Origin: Candidatus Bathyarchaeota archaeon
GTDB taxonomy: Archaea > Thermoproteota > Bathyarchaeia > 40CM-2-53-6
NCBI GenBank assembly: GCA_005883075.1
Contig: VBAX01000047.1
Location: 29,598 to 93,597 of the forward strand
Direction: 5' to 3'
DNA: 64,000 nt
A program made the position numbers and the translations under genes. The notes beneath the pieces were generated by a model. That model did not search any database and was not told the origin of the DNA. It saw only the letters and a program-made list of their open reading frames with translations. Below, in pieces: positions 10,581 through 20,005 of this stretch (position 1 is its first letter; each line of letters starts with the position of its first letter).

Positions 10581-11597
10581 CTATGTAGCGTATTCTTGGC
10601 GTATGCTGACTAGGTCTCGAACTATTGCACTAGCCGTTCTTTCGCCTCCGGCGCCGGGCCCGATGAGAGTTATGTCGCCAGCGTGTTCTGTCGTGAATGT
10701 GAGCGCGTTCAGGGTATCTGGGACACATGTTGGGTCAGCCATAGGGATCTGTTCGGGAGCTACTGAGGCTGAAGACTCTTCGATCCTGCCGATGAGTTTG
10801 ACTTTGGCGTTTGATGCTTTGGCCTGCTTGAGTTTCTGCGGTGTGATTTTAGTGATGCCCGTAATGTCTAGGTCTCGAAGACTGTACCGTTTTTTCAGAA
10901 CCCAGTTTGCGATTATTACGATCTTCGCGGCGGTATCGAATCCTTCGACATCATTTGTAGGATCCTTTTCCGCATACCCTTTCCTTTGCGCCTCTGCCAG
11001 CGCTTTCTCGAATGTTAGGGAGGCAGTTTCCATTCTAGTAAGGATGTAATTTGTCGTTCCGTTGAGGATGCCTCTAACTCGTATGATTCGTTCTCCAGGC
11101 ATGCATTTCGCGGCAAAATCCAGGAATGGTGTTCCCCCACCTACTGTTCCGCTAAAACGAAGCTGTCGGTTGCGGTGATTGGCTAGCTCGAGCAGCGCGG
11201 GCATCGCTAGTGCCAGAGGGCCCTTGTTCGCTGTGACAACGTGCTTTCCGTTGGCGAGCGCAGCTTTGATATTGGAGAGCCCGGGTTCTGCGTCTTTGAA
11301 GTTGGTGGGCGTTGTTTCAACAACAACCTCCGCTTCACTGTTAGTGATGATGTGAGCGCTATCATTGTTCCGGCGGCCCTTTCTGGGATACCTGGCTACC
11401 GTTCCATATTCCTTCTTAGTTTTCAGGACTAGCGAGATGTCGAGGCCTGCGTCGTCGGAGCAGGATCCTTGGCTGTCAACTATGGTGGTGATTTGGGGCC
11501 GGAAGCCGTAGGCTTGGGTGATTCGGTCTGCGTCTTGGTGTAGAACCTGGGCGAGCGCTTGCCCGACAGTTCCGAAGCCGGCCAGTATGATTCTCAA
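10581..11597 (-). CDS. hom: homoserine dehydrogenase
   Basis: N-terminal ILAGFGTVGQ Rossmann motif. Positioned between thrC and ask. Confidence 0.85.
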   Translation of the reverse strand: MRIILAGFGTVGQALAQVLHQDADRITQAYGFRPQITTIVDSQGSCSDDAGLDISLVLKTKKEYGTVARYPRKGRRNNDSAHIITNSEAEVVVETTPTNFKDAEPGLSNIKAALANGKHVVTANKGPLALAMPALLELANHRNRQLRFSGTVGGGTPFLDFAAKCMPGERIIRVRGILNGTTNYILTRMETASLTFEKALAEAQRKGYAEKDPTNDVEGFDTAAKIVIIANWVLKKRYSLRDLDITGITKITPQKLKQAKASNAKVKLIGRIEESSASVAPEQIPMADPTCVPDTLNALTFTTEHAGDITLIGPGAGGERTASAIVRDLVSIRQEYAT

Positions 11598-12823
11598 AGG
11601 GCCCGCTCGATGTTGTCTATACTAGTTTGGTCGCTAGTTTCGAGACTGTAACCAGTCTGGGATTTGGGTAAGCGGTTCAGAATCGAGGGGTCTTTCAGAC
11701 CATGGCCTGTCGTCACGCACACGATGGTTTCCGATGGGTCGACCCTCCTGTTCGTCTTGAGCTTCTTTAGTCCCGCGATGGAGGCTGCGCTTGCTGGTTC
11801 TACAAAAATTCCCTCGAGGGTTGCAAGTTGTCTTTGAGCCTCGAGGATTTCAGAATCGGTTACAGTTTCGGCAGTTCCCTTCGATTCTTTTATGGCCTTG
11901 AGGACTTTTGGCCAGTTTACTGGAGATCCTATCCTGATTGCGGTCGCGATTGTTTGCGGATTGTGAACTGGGCGAATCTTGTTCTCTCTTCTTTTCACAG
12001 CTTTCGCGATCGGTGAGGCCTTCTCTGCCTGAATCCCGATCATTCGGGGCCTCGTCTTTGCGATCGATAGTTGTTGGAACTCGGTGAAGCCTTTCCAAGC
12101 GGCGCTGATGTTGCCTCCATTTCCGACAGGCAGTATTACAGTGTCGGGTGTTTTCGAGTCAAGCTGGTCAGAGATCTCGAAGGCAAGGGTCTTTTGTCCT
12201 TCGAGTCTGTATGGGTTGAGGGAATTCATCAAGTAGAGTTCTCTCCTCCGTTTCGTTAGTTCCAGAGCTGTTACGAAGGCTTGATCAAAGTCTCCCTTGA
12301 CCTGAATTATCTTGGCTCCGTGCATTGTAACTTGGAGCATCTTGCCACCTGCGACCTTTCCCTTCGGGACGAGGACTATGCATTCCATGCCCGCTCGTGC
12401 CGAGTAAGCAGCTAGGGAAGCCGCCGTGTTCCCGGTTGACGCGCAGAGAACTTTCTTTTTTCCGAGCTCCTTCGCTTTTGAGATTGCAACTGTCATTCCT
12501 CGGTCTTTGAAAGAGCCAGTTGGGTTTTCACCTTCGTTCTTGACATAGAGTTTCTGGAGGCCGAGTTCGCGTCCAAGGCGCCTGCACCTATGGAGCCCTG
12601 TTCCTCCTTCAGCGAGGCTCACAATAGATTCTTCATTTTCGATGGGGAGGATCTCTCTGTACTTCCACACTGAGAGTTGTCTGTGGTCCCAAGCTGGTTT
12701 CTTCTTTCCCTTGAGATCGAACTTTACTTCTAGTAGTCCACCGCAGATCGTGCACCGGAAATCGGCTTCACTGGCCGCGGGTTCTCTTTGACAGTCGAAG
12801 CACTGGAGCTTGTGGCGCAACAA
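11594..12823 (-). CDS. thrC: threonine synthase
   Basis: PLP Lys motif FKDRG. N-terminal CxxC...CxxC zinc ribbon as in archaeal ThrC. Confidence 0.85.
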   Translation of the reverse strand: MLRHKLQCFDCQREPAASEADFRCTICGGLLEVKFDLKGKKKPAWDHRQLSVWKYREILPIENEESIVSLAEGGTGLHRCRRLGRELGLQKLYVKNEGENPTGSFKDRGMTVAISKAKELGKKKVLCASTGNTAASLAAYSARAGMECIVLVPKGKVAGGKMLQVTMHGAKIIQVKGDFDQAFVTALELTKRRRELYLMNSLNPYRLEGQKTLAFEISDQLDSKTPDTVILPVGNGGNISAAWKGFTEFQQLSIAKTRPRMIGIQAEKASPIAKAVKRRENKIRPVHNPQTIATAIRIGSPVNWPKVLKAIKESKGTAETVTDSEILEAQRQLATLEGIFVEPASAASIAGLKKLKTNRRVDPSETIVCVTTGHGLKDPSILNRLPKSQTGYSLETSDQTSIDNIERAL

Positions 12824-12828
12824 TTGGA

Positions 12829-13779
12829 CTAGTTGCCCCTGATGATGCGGGCTCCGCCGGCCGGGCTGGTTACGAAGAAAGTGGAGTCAATGTTGTTCTT
12901 CGAGAATTCTTTCACCATTACTCTTCCGATCTTCTTGGGGTCCTGCTTGGTTTTGTCGACGAATGCAACTACACTGGGACCTGCGCCGCTGATCGCGACT
13001 CCGCTTGCGTGTGCGCTAAGTGCTGCTTTCTTGACCATTTTGTAGCCCGGGACAAGTTTCTCTCTTCGGGGTTCTGCAATTGCATCTTCCATTCCGCTCC
13101 CGATCAGTTCGATATCTCCTCTTGCAAAGCCCAGGGCGATGGCTGATGCTCGTCCGATATTGAGAACCGCCTCCTTGACCCCGATTGTCTTCGGAACCAA
13201 CTTCCTAGAGAGGCTTGTTTTGTTCTTTGGAAGCCGAATATTCGGGGAGACGACAACAACGGAAAGCTTGGCTGGCGCTCTTGTGGAGATGGTTCTCAAA
13301 GGGTCCCCGTATGCTATTACGAATCCCCCGAGCAAGGATGCGCTTACGTTGTCAGTGTGGGCTGACCCTGAAGAAGCGGCCTCTCCGAGACTGGCAATCT
13401 TGACCAATTCATCGGGGGGAAGATGGAGCTCTAGGAGGTGGTTAATTGCCTGCGTGCATGCTGCAGCCGTTGCGCCGCTGCTGCCAAGACCTAGACCGGG
13501 CGGAATGTTCTTCTCGATAGTTATCTCGACACCGTTGTCCAGTCTGCTCCTACCAAGTAATGCTCGGGCTGGGGGACCAGCAGAATTCTTGTCGGGGGAA
13601 ATCGGCAGCCCCCTGCCGTAGGGTCCTAGGATCATGATCTTGACAATTCGTGTTCTTGAAGTTTTGACCTGAACTCGGTCGGCATATTTGCCGAGTGCTA
13701 ATCCGAAAGTGTCGAATCCGGCTCCAAGATTGGCCGTGGAACAGTACGCCTCGACCCTCACCGCTTTGTCAGGGATCAA
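12829..13779 (-). CDS. thrB: homoserine kinase (GHMP kinase)
   Basis: GHMP motif PPGLGLGSSGATAAA. First gene of the thrB-thrC-hom-ask operon. Confidence 0.8.
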   Translation of the reverse strand: MIPDKAVRVEAYCSTANLGAGFDTFGLALGKYADRVQVKTSRTRIVKIMILGPYGRGLPISPDKNSAGPPARALLGRSRLDNGVEITIEKNIPPGLGLGSSGATAAACTQAINHLLELHLPPDELVKIASLGEAASSGSAHTDNVSASLLGGFVIAYGDPLRTISTRAPAKLSVVVVSPNIRLPKNKTSLSRKLVPKTIGVKEAVLNIGRASAIALGFARGDIELIGSGMEDAIAEPRREKLVPGYKMVKKAALSAHASGVAISGAGPSVVAFVDKTKQDPKKIGRVMVKEFSKNNIDSTFFVTSPAGGARIIRGN

Positions 13780-13872
13780 CGGTCGAATTTCTCAACTGAG
13801 ACTCCGCCTTTCGTTCGATAATAACTGGCCTCGTACCAATGTCTCAATTTCGGCCGACAGGGAAAGCTTTCA

Positions 13873-14082
13873 GAATCGCCCATTATCAGCCCTGAACTCG
13901 ATTCTGGAAACCCCCTATGAACTCTCCCGAGATTCGTTCGGAATTGTCGTCTTCTTTCCATTCTGATCCCAGCCTAAATCCTGCCCTGAATCGTGTGACT
14001 CGCCCAGAATTAGTGCCAGACAGGAAGTCGTTTCCAGAAAATAGGGGGTCTTAGCGACCGACCCTCGCGTCGCAAGAGCGGC
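13873..14082 (+). repeat. copy A of a 4-copy, ~215-bp non-coding intergenic repeat family (candidate ncRNA or MITE)
   Basis: Aligns over its full length with 29626-29842 in the same orientation and with 47166-47384 and 58719-58930 as reverse complements. Conserved blocks are GCCCTGAAT, CTCGCC, CCAGACAG.AA.TC.TTC, AAAATAGGGGGTC and CGCG.CGCAAG. Confidence 0.8.
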
Positions 14083-14274
14083 GAAACTGATAAGCCCCAG
14101 AATTGGTTTAGGTATGTCATTCGTGGTCATGACCAATAGACCATTTTCGTGACACATAACTGTGTACTTCTCCGAATCTCGTTTCGTAGCGAAGGCTTAC
14201 GTTTCAGCCAAGCTCGCACGGTTCTAAGCACGAAACTACAGTATACCCAACCATTCGTTTTTTCTTGCAGACGC

Positions 14275-15030
14275 TCAGATCATTTTGAAATCTGTTTGTG
14301 GAATGTCTGCTCGAAGAACTGCTCCCGAGCTTCCGTCCAGCAGCGCGTTGTAGCTTCGTCCCTTGTACTCGTAGGTGCTGAACCAGATCGGTGCGTGAAT
14401 GTACGTCGGGCTGTCAACCTTGAAACTAGTATTGAAGGACGTTATCTGGTCCACTTCCTGTTTCGCCAAGAACCTCTGGTTCGCCTCCACTTCATACTTA
14501 GCACGTTGAATCGCCTCCTCGCTAGTCATCTCGCTGTTGAGGAAGTTCGCTCCCGAATCTATTCTCTTGAAATCGAAAGGAATCTTCCCTGTATTCGGGA
14601 TACTGTACTCCCGTGTCGGAAACTGCGCTCCCTTTCTTCCTAGGACAAGCCAGTCGTAATCCCTGTCTATCACGCCTTTCCTAGGCGAAGGTGGAGAGAC
14701 TCGCTCTAGTACTCCTTCGTAGTCGCTTGTTGCATCAACCTGGACGAGCCAGAACGGAAGATACCGCAATTCCAACGTCAAAATCTTGCTCTTCTTCGCG
14801 AGGTCTCCAGGCTTCATGAATCCCTCCCTCATCCAGTCGCGAAGAGCGTTCTCGATACTCGCAGCGTTGTTATTGTTGATGATGAGACTGTGTTCTAGCT
14901 GGAACGGTTGATCCGCCCCGACAACCGCAGTATAGCCACAGTAGCGGCAAGTCGAAACGATCTCTCCAGGGTTAATGCTGAAAGGCGCGCCACAATTCTC
15001 GCATTCTATTTCCGAAACAATGTCCACCAC
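14275..15030 (-). CDS. hypothetical protein with N-terminal zinc ribbon
   Basis: 251 aa with CENCGAPF...CRYCGY near the N-terminus. No recognisable family. Confidence 0.4.
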   Translation of the reverse strand: MVDIVSEIECENCGAPFSINPGEIVSTCRYCGYTAVVGADQPFQLEHSLIINNNNAASIENALRDWMREGFMKPGDLAKKSKILTLELRYLPFWLVQVDATSDYEGVLERVSPPSPRKGVIDRDYDWLVLGRKGAQFPTREYSIPNTGKIPFDFKRIDSGANFLNSEMTSEEAIQRAKYEVEANQRFLAKQEVDQITSFNTSFKVDSPTYIHAPIWFSTYEYKGRSYNALLDGSSGAVLRADIPQTDFKMI

Positions 15031-15103
15031 TGTCTCTTCCCCGATTGTTCTAGGAATGAATTAATGAAGGCCGAATTAAGCTCTCTAGACCAAGGAAGCT
15101 GAA

Positions 15104-16147
15104 TTGGCAGGACTCGGCGCGCTCAAGCGCACAATGGGTTTCACGATAATTCTAGTCTTCGCCATATTCCTCGGCCTCCTCTTCGTCATATCCGCCTTCT
15201 TCCTAGACCCTCTCACAGGACTAGTTCTTGGGCTAGTAGGCGCTTTCTTCATAATACTGCTTCAGTACCTGATCGGTCCTGTAATCGTCCGCGCTACCAG
15301 TCGTTTGCACTACTTGGCCCCTGGGGAGAATAGTTGGCTTGAAGCAAAAGTAAGCCAGCTCGCCTCGAAGTCAGGTATTCCCATACCCCGACTCGCCGTC
15401 TCCCCTGATCCAACTCCCAACGCGTTCGTGTTTGGCCGGACCCGCAACAGCGCGACACTCGCCGTTCACCAGGGTCTACTCCAACGTCTAGACGAGAACG
15501 AGATAGAGGGAGTCATTGGACATGAGCTTGGCCATGTAAAGCATCGCGACTTCATCGTGGTGACGATGATTAGCGCGATACCTCTGGTCGCGTATCTCAT
15601 CGCCCGCTCTGTTCTCTGGGGAGGCATCGCTAGCGGCTACAGCGGCCGCAGCAACAAGAATAACAGCGCCGGACTCTTGATCATCGTCGCGGTCGCCGCC
15701 TACGCAGTCTATATTCTTACCACCCTACTAGCACTCCGACTCACTCGTCTTCGGGAGAGCTACGCAGACGCATATTCTGCATTTCTCACCCAGCAGCCGC
15801 GAGAGCTAGAAAGCGCCCTAACCAAGATCGCTTACGGACTATCTCTCGCCCCCGGACAGCCTCACGGAGCCCGAGCCTTCTTCATCGAGGACCCTGCTCA
15901 GGCAAAACAGGACGTTGCAAGCATAATGGACCAAAAGTCGAAATATGATCTTGACAAGGATGGCGTCCTCGACGAGCGAGAGCTAGAAGCCGCTATGGAG
16001 CAGGAAGCCAAGTCAAACTGGCGGAAGGCTGCAGAGCTCTTCATGACGCATCCGCCCACCTACAAGAGGATCCTTATGCTGAGAGAGATCGAGCAGGACA
16101 TACGCTCAGGAAACTTCGAGCAGAACAACGCGTACGATCACGTCTGA
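15104..16147 (+). CDS. htpX: HtpX-like M48 zinc metalloprotease with C-terminal extension containing an EF-hand-like loop
   Basis: HELGHVKH zincin motif with 4 TM helices. The C-terminal segment carries DLDKDGVLDERE, a canonical 12-residue EF-hand loop. Confidence 0.8.
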   Translation: MAGLGALKRTMGFTIILVFAIFLGLLFVISAFFLDPLTGLVLGLVGAFFIILLQYLIGPVIVRATSRLHYLAPGENSWLEAKVSQLASKSGIPIPRLAVSPDPTPNAFVFGRTRNSATLAVHQGLLQRLDENEIEGVIGHELGHVKHRDFIVVTMISAIPLVAYLIARSVLWGGIASGYSGRSNKNNSAGLLIIVAVAAYAVYILTTLLALRLTRLRESYADAYSAFLTQQPRELESALTKIAYGLSLAPGQPHGARAFFIEDPAQAKQDVASIMDQKSKYDLDKDGVLDERELEAAMEQEAKSNWRKAAELFMTHPPTYKRILMLREIEQDIRSGNFEQNNAYDHV

Positions 16148-16230
16148 CAACTGGCGATCCACCCAGCACTCATCGTGATGATTACAATAGAACTATAAAC
16201 CGGAACGCCTGCCAGTTCGACAAGATCAAA

Positions 16231-16614
16231 ATGACGCGGGTTCCATGGGCTCCACTGAACGGAGGAGCATTCCTGATAATATTCGGAACCGTAATGCTCC
16301 TCTCCGTTGTCGGGGTCGCTGGGCTAAACCCGTTCTCTGGCATTCCGCTTGTCTTTTTGGCATTCGGGGTCTGGCTTGTCATAGCAGCATTCACATTCTC
16401 CGGTCCTGATGATCGTTACGCCCCGCCTCGATCAATGATCCTCGCCTGGGGCGCATTCGTCACTATCCTCGGAGCCGTATGGTTTGTAGGCACAATCGCG
16501 CTTTCTCTCGTACCTATTGTCCTCTTTGTTGTACTCGTTGTGGCAGGCATAGGCGCGGTCGGTTATGCTCTTACTCGAGCCGAAGCTAAGAAGGCGCAAC
16601 CTACAGTCGCGTAG
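16231..16614 (+). CDS. small polytopic membrane protein
   Basis: 127 aa, strongly hydrophobic with about 4 TM helices. Lies between htpX and the methyltransferase in the same orientation. Confidence 0.4.
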   Translation: MTRVPWAPLNGGAFLIIFGTVMLLSVVGVAGLNPFSGIPLVFLAFGVWLVIAAFTFSGPDDRYAPPRSMILAWGAFVTILGAVWFVGTIALSLVPIVLFVVLVVAGIGAVGYALTRAEAKKAQPTVA

Positions 16615-16617
16615 ACC

Positions 16618-17328
16618 GTGTACGATTCCAAGGCCCGCTACGTCCGCAACCTCTTCTCCAAGGTTCCGTTAGAATACGACCTGCTCTTAGGGCTCCTCAG
16701 TTTCGGCCAAGATAGAAAATGGCGAGCCTTCGTGGTCGAACAAGCCCGGCCTCAACCTGACAGCGTAATACTCGACGTGGCCACCGGTACAGGACTCTTG
16801 GCGGCGGATTTTGCAAACGCGATCGCCAACAACGGGTTGGTAGTTGGTGTCGATCTGACTCTCTCAATGCTGCAAACCGCAAAGGAAAGGCTGGAACAGA
16901 AAGGGCTCATCGGAAGAACAGACTGGGTTTTGGCCCGCGCTGAGAACTTACCATTCAGAGACGATTGTTTCAGGTCTGCATCGATCAGCCTTGCGCTCAG
17001 AAACGTATCCGACGCGCGACTAACATTCAGGGAGATGGCTCGAGCAACAACATCAGGCGGTGTCGTGATCTCGCTCGACTTCGCCCGGCCCCCGAACAGG
17101 ATATTCCGACTATTTTACTACGACTACCTCCTCGGACTTTTTCCTATTTTCGGAAGAATTGTCTCGAAGGCTTGGGGTAGAACGCTTTCATACCTTGGCC
17201 GTTCGATTCTAAAGTCTAGAACAGGACCTCAGATTGCCACCCTAATGGTAGAGGAGGGACTGCCCGACACAAGGCCTATTCCACTAACGCAGGGAATCGT
17301 CTATGCGGTCTATGGGAAGAAACGATAG
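16618..17328 (+). CDS. class I SAM-dependent methyltransferase, UbiE/MenG-like
   Basis: Motif I VLDVATGTGLLA and a UbiE/COQ5-like architecture. Confidence 0.75.
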   Translation: MYDSKARYVRNLFSKVPLEYDLLLGLLSFGQDRKWRAFVVEQARPQPDSVILDVATGTGLLAADFANAIANNGLVVGVDLTLSMLQTAKERLEQKGLIGRTDWVLARAENLPFRDDCFRSASISLALRNVSDARLTFREMARATTSGGVVISLDFARPPNRIFRLFYYDYLLGLFPIFGRIVSKAWGRTLSYLGRSILKSRTGPQIATLMVEEGLPDTRPIPLTQGIVYAVYGKKR

Positions 17329-17360
17329 GAGGCAAAAGCCAAAGTGAACCTTGAATCTTG

Positions 17361-18581
17361 CTACATCACGGCAGCCACTGATTTCACAGTTGGTTTTGAC
17401 GGCGAGGATTCGGCATTCTTCCGAAAGCTTAGCCAGGCTAGGATTGCAAGCGCCACGAACGATGTCGAGGTTGTGTAGAAGATGCTTATTGGGGTTAGAG
17501 TGTAGAGTAAACCACCGAGGTAGGATCCAAATACAAACCCTAGGCTCTCTAGCGTCAGATAGAACCCGAACTGTCCTGCTCTCGATGCTCCTTTCCGTAC
17601 ATTCGAAAGGATGGAGTAGGCAACGAGGCTTGGTGCCCTAGCGCTTCCGATGAGGAAGACCATTGGAAACGCGAACAAGAGGTTTCTGGTCAGAAGAATT
17701 CCTACAAGACCTGTTGAAGATAGGAGAAGACCCAGAGCCATGGTCCCGCCCTGACTTTTCGCGTCCGCTCTTCTCCCGAGGAGAATGGCGAAGACGGCGG
17801 CACCAAGAGACTGCAGAGCACCGAGAAGTAGGATGATCGAAGGGCCTAGGTTGAGAGCGTCTTGGAAGTAGAGCGGTATGAATGGCGAGGCTACGCTCCA
17901 GGCAAGCGCCGCGCCGGCTAGATAGAGAAGGAGGGATCCTTCTCGACGCGACCTAGGAAATTCAAATCGAGGAGACCGAGCATCGCTTTCCAGTGGAGGC
18001 TGGGGCTTCATGAAGAAGAGAACTATCGTTGAGATGGAAAAGAACACGAATGTAAGTATGAAGATGTTTCTTACAGTGATCCAGTTGAGTAGAACGCTTC
18101 CAACGAGAGGTGAAAAGACTATTCCAAGCGGTGCGGATGCCCAAGTTACACCGAAGTTGGACGCAGATTTTGCGTTGTCGGCAGCTCCTACGATGTAGGC
18201 GTTGAATGCTGGTACATTGAACGCTGATACTTGAAACAGGACTATTCCAGGAATCACGTCAGTCCAGGTTCTCGCGAAATAGTACATGAGCGGTGGTGGT
18301 ATGCTCATTACCCAGCCTATGATCAACAACGCTTTCAACTCGTATTTGTTCGCGAGTACACCTCCCGGAATCATGCTTAGGGCCGCGGCGAGGAACCCGA
18401 TTGAGAATACGAGACCTACGTCGCTAGGGGAAGCTTGGAGGTCTCTTAGGTAGAGTGGCCAGATGTAGTTGTAGAGTCCTAACCCGAAGGTCCAGAGAAA
18501 CAATGAGAGAAAGAGCAGCCGAAGGTCTCTGGGAAGTGCTTGGACCGAGGCTAGCAGATTCAGCCGGCTAACTGGAAACAC
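17361..18581 (-). CDS. MFS transporter
   Basis: 406 aa with about 12 TM helices and MFS-like loop motifs. Confidence 0.7.
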   Translation of the reverse strand: MFPVSRLNLLASVQALPRDLRLLFLSLFLWTFGLGLYNYIWPLYLRDLQASPSDVGLVFSIGFLAAALSMIPGGVLANKYELKALLIIGWVMSIPPPLMYYFARTWTDVIPGIVLFQVSAFNVPAFNAYIVGAADNAKSASNFGVTWASAPLGIVFSPLVGSVLLNWITVRNIFILTFVFFSISTIVLFFMKPQPPLESDARSPRFEFPRSRREGSLLLYLAGAALAWSVASPFIPLYFQDALNLGPSIILLLGALQSLGAAVFAILLGRRADAKSQGGTMALGLLLSSTGLVGILLTRNLLFAFPMVFLIGSARAPSLVAYSILSNVRKGASRAGQFGFYLTLESLGFVFGSYLGGLLYTLTPISIFYTTSTSFVALAILAWLSFRKNAESSPSKPTVKSVAAVM

Positions 18582-18636
18582 GACTCATCTGCCCCTCCTG
18601 CTAAGGGGCTCACGGAAAAGTCGCAAAGGTCTCCTG

Positions 18637-19320
18637 TCACGAGATTACCCTTGTTGCGATCAGAATTCCTGATATGAAGAAGTAAGAACCGAACGAGAGG
18701 AGGACCATGCCTGCGATGAGATCTAGCAGCCACCTTGGAACCTGCATCAGGTAATCATAGGAGAACGCGCACACGACAATTAGGAGGATTAGGCTAGCTA
18801 GCGCGCCTACGAGTGTCCATTTTATGTCGAAGGCTCCGGCGGCCGCGAGGATAAGGCTTGCTTCAAATCCTTCCGTCATTGTGATGCTGAAAACCGGTAG
18901 CGAGTTTCGGATCGAGAAAGGTATTTGGCCTTCTGTTGTCGTGAGGCCTTCATTGTGCTTCCGGTCTTCTTCAACGACTTCGTCCCTCCATTTTTCCATC
19001 TTTGCTCTGAACGATTTGCCTCGGAAATAGTACTTGACGAAGCCTCGTAGAAACCGATAGGAAAAGTAGAGTATGACTACACCCGGTATCAGGTTAATCA
19101 GAGCATCGGAGACAATCTTTAGTGCAAGGAAGGCTTGTTCGACGATTACAAACGTGACGACAGACCCTAGGCTGCCGAGGGCGACGCCGAGGAAGACATT
19201 CCTTCGGCCGATCTGCTTGATTGTGGCAAGAGAGAGGATTGCGACCTCGCTTCCCTCTATTAGAATGGCTTTGAAAGCCAGGAGGAATGATGCGACGATT
19301 ACAACATCTAGTCCAGCCAT
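18637..19320 (-). CDS. membrane protein with duplicated ExxE motifs (FTR1/EfeU-like iron permease?)
   Basis: Two internal repeats carry IEGSEVA and TEGFEAS in TM helices, reminiscent of the REGLE motifs of FTR1 permeases. Assignment is tentative. Confidence 0.35.
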   Translation of the reverse strand: MAGLDVVIVASFLLAFKAILIEGSEVAILSLATIKQIGRRNVFLGVALGSLGSVVTFVIVEQAFLALKIVSDALINLIPGVVILYFSYRFLRGFVKYYFRGKSFRAKMEKWRDEVVEEDRKHNEGLTTTEGQIPFSIRNSLPVFSITMTEGFEASLILAAAGAFDIKWTLVGALASLILLIVVCAFSYDYLMQVPRWLLDLIAGMVLLSFGSYFFISGILIATRVIS

Positions 19321-19465
19321 CTATTCTCCCATCCCGTTATCGTGAGGAACTGTCTAAGCGTTCACGGACTAACGCGTTCATATCTCTAACGGTAGCATGC
19401 GCTAGAATCAATTTTCCCACACGCCGCTTGCCGGTCCAAAAAACGGGGGTCGATTATACTTTAGG

Positions 19466-19870
19466 CTAGGTTGATCCGCCCTTCTCATCAGTTTTCTTGA
19501 AGTCTAAAGCGAGTGAGTTAACGCAGTACCGTAGTCCAGTAGGCTGGGGACCATCCTCGAACACGTGGCCTAGATGACCGCCACACTTCTTGCATAAAAT
19601 CTCGACCCTTTTCATGAAGAGGCTGCGGTCGGACTTTTCCTCAACATTCTCCTTTTCTGCTGGGGTCCAGAAGCTGGGCCAGCCTGTTCCTGAGTCAAAC
19701 TTTGTATCAGAAGAGAATAGTGGTGCTCCACATCCAGCGCAGAGATACATCCCCTCCTCTTTGTTGTGGAGGTATTTTCCTGTAAAGGGACGTTCGGTGG
19801 CCTTCTTTCTCAAAACTTGATAGGTTTCCGTGTCCAGCTGTTTCTTCCATTCTTCTTCGGATTTCTTCAT
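19466..19870 (-). CDS. msrB: peptide-methionine (R)-S-oxide reductase
   Basis: SelR fold with two CxxC zinc motifs and GTGWPSFW. Catalytic region is RVEILCKKCGGHLGHVF. Confidence 0.9.
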   Translation of the reverse strand: MKKSEEEWKKQLDTETYQVLRKKATERPFTGKYLHNKEEGMYLCAGCGAPLFSSDTKFDSGTGWPSFWTPAEKENVEEKSDRSLFMKRVEILCKKCGGHLGHVFEDGPQPTGLRYCVNSLALDFKKTDEKGGST

Positions 19871-20005
19871 ACTATCTAGAGGGCTATAGCGGTAGATATC
19901 CTAATCGCTCTTTGGGAGCGATCTCTGACCCATCTAGAACCTTGTTCAACGGACAAGACCAGACTTTCTTCAGTTTGCGGTGCCTTTGAGATGTTGCTAT
20001 GGGAC

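Noticed and set aside
13915-14157. Small ORFs lying inside the repeat-family copies (13915-14157, 47201-47392, 58700-58993)
   Set aside because: Indels between repeat copies destroy any common reading frame, so the element is non-coding.
19885-19945. tRNA-like segment GGGCTATAGCGGTAGATATCCTAATCGCTCTTTGGGAGCGATCTCTGACCC with a perfect anticodon-arm-like hairpin (ATCGCTC/GAGCGAT, loop containing TTG)
   Set aside because: There is no T-arm (GTTCRANYC), no proper D-arm, and no acceptor-stem complement on either strand. It is more likely a regulatory or terminator hairpin between the MBL hydrolase gene and msrB.
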